Positions 1-6,734 of a stretch of 64,000 nt of DNA are shown piece after piece. Positions within the stretch are counted from its first letter, which is position 1; each line of letters begins with the position of its first letter. The notes beneath the pieces were generated by a model. It did not search any database, was not told the origin of the DNA, and saw only the letters and a list, made by a program, of their open reading frames with translations. The DNA lies in contig MCFE01000007.1 of the NCBI GenBank assembly GCA_002104905.1, positions 1 through 64,000 on the forward strand, read 5' to 3'. This DNA is from Basidiobolus meristosporus CBS 931.73 (lineage: Eukaryota; Fungi; Basidiobolomycota). The position numbers and the translations under genes are program-made.

Positions 1-540
1 CACTCTTCCTACTCTGAAGCTGTCAAAAAGCCTGTTCCTGCTTCCTCAAGACATCCTGCTGCTCCTCCCAAGACTAAAAGAAAGTTTCCTGCCACTTCTG
101 ATTTACCTCCTGCTACTGACTGGACTGTCTGCTACTTTGCCAATTTGGAGTTTATTCCCATATCTGAGCATAGGATGTATCTCAAGCAACAAGGTTACAA
201 TTTATCCAAAATTGTTAACATGAGATTTATCAACCATCACACTCTGGAGGTAGTACTTGACAAAAGTATTGCAACACAATTCTCTGAAAATGTCTCTGAC
301 CAGTTTTACTGGGAACCTACTGACCATGCCTTTAAAGAGTTTCCTGATTCTCCAGTTTACAAGACCTTCTCATTAGAGGAATCTCTGCTCTCAAGATTCA
401 CTTCACTTATCAAAAACTCCCCTTCACCTGCTGTTACCCACTTCCTGAAAGATTATTATATCTCTCAAGCTTATCTACTTCACTCCCCCATGAACCTGAA
501 CTCCAGTGTACTCTGGGATACTGCCTTAACTTTAGCTTAG
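1..540 (+). CDS. Unit A protein, 5'-partial: Pro/Ser/Lys-rich linker plus a ~130-aa domain with an RRM-like beta-alpha-beta-beta-alpha-beta pattern (putative ORF1/Gag-like RNA-binding protein)
   Basis: Frame 1 is open from base 1 (HSSYSEAVKK...) to TAG at 538-540 and conserved in three copies. The fold assignment is inferred from hydrophobic periodicity only. Confidence 0.65.
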   Translation, partial: HSSYSEAVKKPVPASSRHPAAPPKTKRKFPATSDLPPATDWTVCYFANLEFIPISEHRMYLKQQGYNLSKIVNMRFINHHTLEVVLDKSIATQFSENVSDQFYWEPTDHAFKEFPDSPVYKTFSLEESLLSRFTSLIKNSPSPAVTHFLKDYYISQAYLLHSPMNLNSSVLWDTALTLA

Positions 541-669
541 ATTTATTCATATTCAACATAGTGTTTACTTTGGGAATCTTCTATTCCCAGCTGGCTTCTT
601 TATTTGTAGTTAGACTTGTCTGAAATCAAATAAAGATTTCACCTACTTTGGTGACTTTCCCTCCCCTAA
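1..669 (+). mobile_element. Unit A copy 1 (ORF1-like coding unit, runs off the left edge)
   Basis: High identity to 1437-2200 and 3649-4223; ends in the shared module at 592-669. Confidence 0.85.
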
Positions 670-851
670 ATTTTATATTTACCCCTGATGAGCTTTACTT
701 TATTGAAACAAACATTAGAGATGAAACAAAACATAAATTAGATTACTTATTAGAGAGGTTCTAGACCTCATAATTGGCTTCTTTATTTGTACTTAGATTA
801 GTTCTTAAGTCAAATAAAGATTTCACCAACTTGGTGACTTTCCCTCCCTAA
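670..851 (+). mobile_element. Unit B copy 1 (5'-truncated)
   Basis: Identical to 4339-4519 by eye; ends in a B-type module (775-851). Confidence 0.85.
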
Positions 852-1379
852 ACCAAGAACACTTAGCCTTGTGGTTATCCCTAACCCTTCCATACCCATG
901 GTTGTGGGTTCAAATCCTGGATCCAGCAAAATTTGATTAATAAATTGATGTGTGCTCATTGGGAGATGGCTTGATCAACCATTGGGCAAAGTAAAGGCTC
1001 TGATTGGCTGAAATCCTTGAAATGCTACTTGGCCAGATTTGCCTAGTAAATTTGGCCAGTGATTGCCCAGAAATACATCTCAGTTCCCCCAGTCTACTGG
1101 CCATTCCGGCCACAATTCAGCTACTGCAAACCAGTATAACTTAGCTCAGATATATTCAGATTCTCACTTCTCAGGCCTGGCTTTCCAGGAAACCACTCTC
1201 AGACCTAGCTAACTAGGAAATATAGTACCACTCAGCTTCTCAACTCTCAGACCTGACTTACCAGGAAGATATCTCTCAGACCTAGCTTTCTAGGAATAAC
1301 TTCAGATTAACTTGGCTTCTTTAGATACTTGTCATAAGTAAATAAAGATTTCACCACTTGGTGACTTTCCTCCCCCTAA
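852..1379 (+). ncRNA. Unit C copy 1: tRNA-headed SINE-like structured RNA
   Basis: A-box-like TAGCCTTGTGG at 864-874 and B-box GGTTCAAATCC at 907-917. Internal CCCTAACCC at 879-887, four CCTRG-CTWW-CYAGG hairpins at 1176-1294, shared 3' module at 1313-1379, no long ORF. Confidence 0.7.
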
Positions 1380-1397
1380 CCCTAACCCTAACCCTAA
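1374..1397 (+). repeat. Telomeric repeat (CCCTAA)4 at a unit junction
   Basis: Four perfect CCCTAA hexamers read directly. Confidence 0.95.
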
Positions 1398-1436
1398 ATA
1401 AAGATTTCACCAGTTGGTGACTGTCTCCCCCCCTAA
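1397..1436 (+). mobile_element. 40-bp stub consisting only of the RT-type (unit D) 3' end
   Basis: AATAAAGATTTCACCAGTTGGTGACTGTCTC7TAA carries the CTGTCTCCCCCCC variant otherwise seen only at 3605-3644. Confidence 0.8.
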
Positions 1437-2200
1437 ACCCTTTCTGCCTTTTCTGTTCTGCAAGAATCTATTGTCCCTGTGCCAACTGTTCCTGTCAACA
1501 AGACTCCCCAAGAGTCATCTGCTCCTGCTCACTCTTCCTACTCTGAATCTGTCAAAAAGCCTGCTCCTGCTTCCTCAAGAAATCTTGCTGCTCCTCCAAA
1601 GACCAAAAGAAAGTTTCCTGCCACTTCTGATCTACCTCCTGCTACTGACTGGGCTGTCTGCTACTTTGCCAATGTGGAGTTTATTCCCATATCTGAGCAT
1701 AGGATGTATCTCAAGCAACAAGGTTACAACTTATCCAAGATTGTTAACATGAGATTTATCAACCAGCACACTCTGGAGGTAGTACTTGACAAAAGTATTG
1801 CTAAAGAATTCTCTCAAAATGTCACTGACCAGTTTTACTGGGAACCTACTGACCATGCCTTTAAAGAGTTTCCTGCTTCTCCAGTTTACAAGACCTTCTC
1901 ATTAGAGGAATCTCTGCTCTCAAGATTCACTTCACTTATCAAAAACTCCCCTTCACCTGCTGTTACCCACTTCTTAAAGATTATTATATCTCTCAAGCTT
2001 ATCTACTTCACTCCCCCATGAACCTGAACTCCAGTGTACTCTGGGATACTGCCTTAACTTTAGCTTAGATTTATTCATATTCAACTTAGTGTTTACTTTG
2101 GGAATCTTCTATTCCCAGCTGGCTTCTTTATTTGTAGTTAGACTTGTCTGAAATCAAATAAAGATTTCACCTACCTTGGTGACTTTCCCTCCCCTAACCC
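1437..2200 (+). mobile_element. Unit A copy 2 (longest copy; 1-nt frameshift near the C-terminus at ~1975)
   Basis: Homologous to 1-669. Reads ttcttaaagatt versus ttcctgaaagatt in copy 1, which shifts the frame; the homologous stop is at 2066-2068. Ends CCCCTAACCC. Confidence 0.85.
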
Positions 2201-3648
2201 AAGTCAAGCTTAATAGCTGAGGTGCTAGCGCGGACGGGTGCAAACTCTCAGTTGTTGAATGCAAAAAGTTCAAATCACACCTGAGCCTTTTTTCATTTAT
2301 TTGATTTACCGGCTTCTCGGATTCAGATAAGATTAGTAGACATGGGGAACCCTGCAATTTAGTGCCACACCATGGTCATACCCTGCATGGGGTCTTACTG
2401 GTCCATGGCGGGATAAAATTTTAAGGATTTAATGGATGGATGGATGGATTTGGAGTCAGATTCAATCAAAAAATCAAATTGTTGACTAATTTAAAGAGGA
2501 AAAAATAAAAATAGTTAGTAAAGGTGATTGCACCCAAGTGAGCAATCAGCTGTGTTCTCAGTTCCTAATGGAGTGGTTCAAGGCTCTGTGCTTGGTCCTA
2601 TACTGTTTGCCATCTTCCTGAATGACTTCCCAAGACTCTCAGCTGACTGCCTGGTTACTCTCTTTGCTGATGACATCAGAATATCCTCCTCCAATGTGCA
2701 ACAAGACTCCCAGACCATCCACCAGTATCTGCAGAAGAATAATCTCCAGCTTTCCATTGCAAAGACAGTACCTTTGGGCTCTCCCATCAACTTGGAGAAC
2801 TCCACTCTACCTGCTCAGGTTTCTGCTACATATCTTGGCTTTCCTTTCCTTCCTACTGGACTAGACTCTGGAGCACACCTGAAGAAGAGAATTATCCTGG
2901 CAAGACAGGCACTCCACAAGCTACTGGCTGTTACTCCTCCTACAACTTCAGCTCCCAGCTGCCTCCTTCTACTCAAGCAGTTTGTCTTCCCTGTCCTGGA
3001 ATTTGGCTTACCACTTCTCTCTCTTACTTCTAGAGACTGCACTAAGCTTGACAAGTTTGCAGTATGGTGCATTACCTCCTTGGTGCCTCATTTGCCTGAA
3101 TGCCCCTACAGACATGCTATTCTTGGTGCTTTTGGGTTTATGCCCTATAAGATCAGACTTCTCTACCTTAGAACCAGATTATACCTCAGACTTCACAACT
3201 GCAACAACCCACTGATTAAGGCCTGGAAGAGAACACACCACACAACACCTGGCTCCTGCTGGAGAACTATACTTGGAGATCCTGAAGTCAAGAAGTTTGC
3301 TCACTATATTCTGCAGTCAGAAAAACCCAAGCTGGCCTACCTGAAGTACTTGACAGACCTTTGGCAGCAATATCTGCAGCAGCACACTCCCTTTATGATG
3401 AATATCAATCCTTATCACATTCCCCTCATTAATGTTGTTCACAAGGCATTCTTACCTCTCTTGCTACCCCCCTTCCCACTGAACAGTGTCTTGAGCACTG
3501 AAGAACTATCATCACTTCTTATTAACTTACCTACAAATTCCCCTCAGCTACACACTCTTGTATCAAAGCTACAACAGTAGCGCTGGCTTCTTTGTTTCAA
3601 CTGAAATAAAGATTTCACCTGTTGGTGACTGTCTCCCCCCCTAACCCT
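2201..3648 (+). mobile_element. Unit D: 5'-truncated non-LTR (LINE-type) reverse transcriptase unit
   Basis: RT motifs present; the shared 3' module starts 3 nt after the stop codon (3584-3648) and ends CCCTAACCCT. Confidence 0.85.
2537..3580 (+). CDS. LINE-type reverse transcriptase, C-terminal half (motifs 4-7, thumb, C-terminal extension; no CCHC or restriction-like endonuclease recognisable)
   Basis: GVVQGSVLGPILFAIFLND (motif 4), LFADDI (motif 5), KT, YLGFPF (motif 7) and FVFPVLEFGL (thumb); about 347 uninterrupted codons. Confidence 0.9.
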   Translation, partial: SEQSAVFSVPNGVVQGSVLGPILFAIFLNDFPRLSADCLVTLFADDIRISSSNVQQDSQTIHQYLQKNNLQLSIAKTVPLGSPINLENSTLPAQVSATYLGFPFLPTGLDSGAHLKKRIILARQALHKLLAVTPPTTSAPSCLLLLKQFVFPVLEFGLPLLSLTSRDCTKLDKFAVWCITSLVPHLPECPYRHAILGAFGFMPYKIRLLYLRTRLYLRLHNCNNPLIKAWKRTHHTTPGSCWRTILGDPEVKKFAHYILQSEKPKLAYLKYLTDLWQQYLQQHTPFMMNINPYHIPLINVVHKAFLPLLLPPFPLNSVLSTEELSSLLINLPTNSPQLHTLVSKLQQ

Positions 3649-4223
3649 GATTTGCCTCCTGCTACTGACTGGGCTGTCTGCTACTTTGCCAATGTGGAGT
3701 TTATTCCTATATCTGAGCATAGGATGTATCTCAAGCAACAAGGTTACAATTTATCCAAGATTGTTAACATGAGATTTATCAACCATCACACTCTGGAGGT
3801 AGTACTTGACAAAAGTATTGCTAAACAATTCTCTCAAAATGTCTCTGACCAGTTTCACTGGGAACCTACTGACCATGCCTTTAAAGAGTTTCCTGATTCT
3901 CCGGTTTACAAGACCTTCTCTTTAGAGGAATCTCTGATCTCAAGATTCACTTCACTTATCAAAAACTCCCCTTCACCTGCTGTTGCCCACTTCCTTAAGG
4001 ATTATTATATCTCTCAAGCTTATCTACTTCACTCCCCCATGAACCTGAACTCCAGTGTACTCTGGGATACTGCCTTAACTTTAGCTTAGATTTATTCATA
4101 TTCAACTTAGTGTTTACTTTGGGAATCTTCTATTCCCAGCTGGCTTCTTTATTTGTAATTAGACTTGTCTGAAATCAAATAAAGATTTCACCTACCTTGG
4201 TGACTTTCCCTCCCCCCCCCTAA
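3649..4223 (+). mobile_element. Unit A copy 3 (5'-truncated; ORF open 3649-4089)
   Basis: Homologous to copies 1 and 2; module at 4141-4223 with an expanded C run. Confidence 0.85.
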
Positions 4224-4519
4224 GCTGCTTACAAGTCCACACACCTTTCCTACTACACCTAATCCCAGGCTGGGTTCCAGTCTTGGATTATATTGATCAG
4301 AAACATCTACAATTTGTACTTCCCCCAAAACCCCTGAATTTTATATTTACCCCTGATGAGCTTTACTTTATTGAAACAAACATTAGAGATGAAACAAAAC
4401 ATAAATTAGATTACTTATTAGAGAGGTTCTAGACCTCATAATTGGCTTCTTTATTTGTACTTAGATTAGTTCTTAAGTCAAATAAAGATTTCACCAACTT
4501 GGTGACTTTCCCTCCCTAA
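4224..4519 (+). mobile_element. Unit B copy 2 (longer copy)
   Basis: Extends about 115 bp further 5' than copy 1; module at 4443-4519. Confidence 0.85.
4226..4432 (+). CDS. Unit B protein C-terminus, 68 codons, unknown family (CLQVHTPFLLHLIPGWVPVLDYIDQKHLQFVLPPKPLNFIFTPDELYFIETNIRDETKHKLDYLLERF*)
   Basis: Frame open from the unit junction to TAG at 4430-4432, 10 nt before the 3' module, as in units A and D. It has no start codon, so the ORF track missed it. Confidence 0.55.
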   Translation, partial: CLQVHTPFLLHLIPGWVPVLDYIDQKHLQFVLPPKPLNFIFTPDELYFIETNIRDETKHKLDYLLERF

Positions 4520-5046
4520 ACCAAGAACACTTAGCCTTGTGGTTATCCCTAACCCTTCCATACCCATGGTAGTGGGTTCAAATCCTGGATCCAACAAAAT
4601 TTGATCAATAAATTGATGTGTGCTCATTGGGAGATGGCTTGATCAACCATTGGGCAAAGTAAAGGCTCTGATTGGCTGAAATCCTTGAAATGCTAATTGG
4701 TCAGATTTGCCTAGTAAATTTGGCCAGTGATCGCCCAGATATTTCCCTCAATTCCCCCAGTCTACTGGCCATTCTGGCCACAAATCAGCTACCGCAAATC
4801 AGTACACTTTACCTCAGATATACTCAGATTCTCAATTCTCAGGCCTGGCTTTCCAGGAAACCTCTCTCAGACCTAGCTTACTAGGAAATATAGTACCACT
4901 CAGCTTCTTAACTCTCAGACCTGGCTTACCAGGAAGATACCTCTCAGACCTAGCTTTCTAGGAATTACTTCAGATTAACTTGGCTTCTTTAGATACTTGT
5001 CATCAGTAAATAAAGATTTCACCACTTGGTGACTTTCCTCCCCCTA
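4520..5046 (+). ncRNA. Unit C copy 2: tRNA-headed SINE-like structured RNA (most proximal unit)
   Basis: A-box 4532-4542, CCCTAACCC 4547-4555, B-box 4575-4585, hairpin array 4844-4962, module 4981-5046. Confidence 0.7.
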
Positions 5047-6398
5047 GGATCAATTTTCACTCCAGAAATTAGCTGATCTTTGATCATTTTGCGCAAATAA
5101 TCAAAATTGATGTGCCCAAATCTCCTGTGCCAAAGCATTGGTGTTTCTTCATTTAAGTTACTTATATTGGCTTCCAAATATGATGGAATATAAGTCAACT
5201 TATATAGATTCTGATCTCTGATGCCCAAAGCAATATGAGCACCATTTTGATCAGTGATCCTGCCTCCAGAATTGTCAAAGCTGAAACTGAGTCCTTCTGC
5301 TGTAGCCCTGCTTACAGGGAGTAGGTTCTGGGCTATTTCTGGTACATAGAGTACTTCTTTAAAGGTCAGTGTATGGCTTCCTTCACTGCTTCTAAGGTTT
5401 ACTTGGATAGTTCCTTCTCCCACTGCATCAAGTGTTCTATTGTCACCCATGAAAACCTTCTTAATTAGAATTTCTTGATATTGGGTAAAAAGTACTTTTT
5501 GGTGTGTAAAGTGTTGAGAAGCTCCAGAGTCAATATACCACATCTGAGAATCCTTGTTTGTGGTCATATTTAGTGCAGATATGAATAGTCTATCTTCAGT
5601 TGTTGCAGCATTTCCATATTCAGGCTTCTTTTGCTGATAATCTCTCTTTTTGAGACACCGGTCTGATGTGTGTCCTTTCCTTTTGCAGTAGTTGCAAAAT
5701 AGGTTGCTGTTGCCTTTGTAGGGTCTTGGGTACTTCCTTTGTTGGTTATCATTGCTTATTAAAGCATTTTCTTCTTCCTTCTTATTGGCGCTTGTTTTTT
5801 TTAATTCTTCATCCAGGAGCCTTCCATATACGTAATTTAAGGTCAAATCTTCAGTTCTGGACTCTAGGGCTGATACAAGGCCCTGAAACTTGTCTGTCAG
5901 GCTATTCAGGATGGTAACTATCACATCCTCATCAGTAGTTGGTACACCCACAGATTCCATCTCATCGACCAGCAGGGTAATTCTGTTAATTAGATTTTTC
6001 ATTTCTTCTCCTGGCAACATCTTTGTAGTAAAGAATTTTCTTCTCAGATACATTTTCTTGGCAGCTGAACATGACTGGTAGGTGTCTTCTAATGCCTTCC
6101 AGGCATTCTTTGCCATTTTTGCTCTTGAGCATTGAATTAGCAATTTGTCCTTGACATTAAGGCAAATGCAGTTAAAGGCACTTTGTTCTTTCTTCTGGTA
6201 CCTTAAGGCTTCCTCTCCCACGTTTTTAGGAGGGCATTCTTCTCCCATGGCAATATCCCAAAGGCCTCTTTCTTGTAGCAGCATCTTCATCTTCACCTTC
6301 CACACTTGGTAGTTAGATCCATCCAACTTTTCAGCAGAGGGAAAAATTCCAGTAATAGCAGTAGTAGACATTGCAGAGAGTGACAGCTCGGGGCTCAT
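5047..6398 (-). CDS. Copia Gag-Pol polyprotein, truncated before the integrase core
   Basis: EKLDGSNYQVWKVKMKMLL, zinc knuckle CNYCKRKGHTSDRC, protease WYIDSGASQH and LWHRRFGH; ATG lies within the PBS; no internal stops. Confidence 0.92.
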
Positions 6399-6402
6399 AA
6401 CC
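6391..6402 (-). promoter_or_regulatory. Primer-binding site GGTTATGAGCCC (copia-type)
   Basis: Directly follows the LTR CA end on the minus strand and resembles the GGTTATGGGCCC PBS of copia elements. Confidence 0.85.
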
Positions 6403-6734
6403 TGTTGTAAGAGTCTTGGAGATATTGGAAGTGATTGGGAGGACAAGTAGATTATGTGGTTTTCACTTAATAGTTTATTGAATGTAAAAGTAGTATTTAT
6501 ACTTTTACCTGGTCTTGGCATTACAAACACGTAGAATAGGTTAAGGAAGGTCCCAAGAACATGTGTGCAAAGTTTGGGGCTGTTTGGACAACTTATCAAA
6601 TTTTCATGTTCTGGGTAAATATTCTAAGTAAATCCCGACAAGGAATTTGGTCAGTATTCTCTAGGATTTGAAGGTGATGATCTAAGTGACTAAGTTAGGT
6701 GAATATTTAGGTGGAAATACGAATTTTTACAACA
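6403..6734 (-). repeat. 5' LTR of the copia element (332 bp)
   Basis: 8-bp terminal inverted repeats; colinear similarity to 56200-56540. Confidence 0.88.

Larger units (their letters stand above)
1..5046 (+). mobile_element. Polarised head-to-tail array of nine retro-like units sharing a 3' two-hairpin + CCCTAA module (putative subtelomeric retroelement array)
   Basis: AATAAAGATTTCACC-N3-6-GGTGACT-pyrimidine tract-CCCTA(A) occurs at 629, 813, 1341, 1397, 2157, 3605, 4178, 4481 and 5009, all on the + strand. Units are variably 5'-truncated, have no target-site duplications and are strongly CpG-depleted. Confidence 0.9.
5047..6734 (-). mobile_element. Ty1/copia LTR retrotransposon, 5' part only (LTR, PBS, gag, protease, GAG-pre-integrase), truncated by the array
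   Basis: LTR with TGTTGTAA...TTACAACA termini, copia-type PBS and polyprotein motifs. Confidence 0.95.

Noticed and set aside
629-634. AATAAA in the module as a simple polyadenylation signal
   Set aside because: No poly(A) tails follow any unit, and the hexamer is the paired 3' arm of hairpin 1; a dual role is not excluded.
685-709. CTGATGAG...GAAAC hammerhead-ribozyme core in unit B (also at ~4353-4377), tempting given the Penelope/Terminon parallels
   Set aside because: No stem II can form between the motifs, no stem I/III with a cleavage triplet is evident, and the bases lie inside the unit B reading frame (PDELYFIET).
857-930. Functional tRNA gene
   Set aside because: The acceptor stem does not pair and the anticodon arm is replaced by CCCTAACCC-containing sequence; treated as a SINE-like head.
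2537-3580. Penelope/Coprina RT or TERT
   Set aside because: The motifs QGSVLGP, FADD, YLG and the P.LE(Y/F)G thumb are LINE-type.
629-5046. CRISPR-like array of ~40-nt repeats
   Set aside because: The 'spacers' range from 0 to ~1400 bp, repeat among themselves and encode proteins; the context is eukaryotic and no cas genes are present.
6399-6599. N-terminal 67-aa extension of the copia ORF shown in the ORF track
   Set aside because: It lies inside the LTR; the plausible start is the ATG within or after the PBS at 6398.
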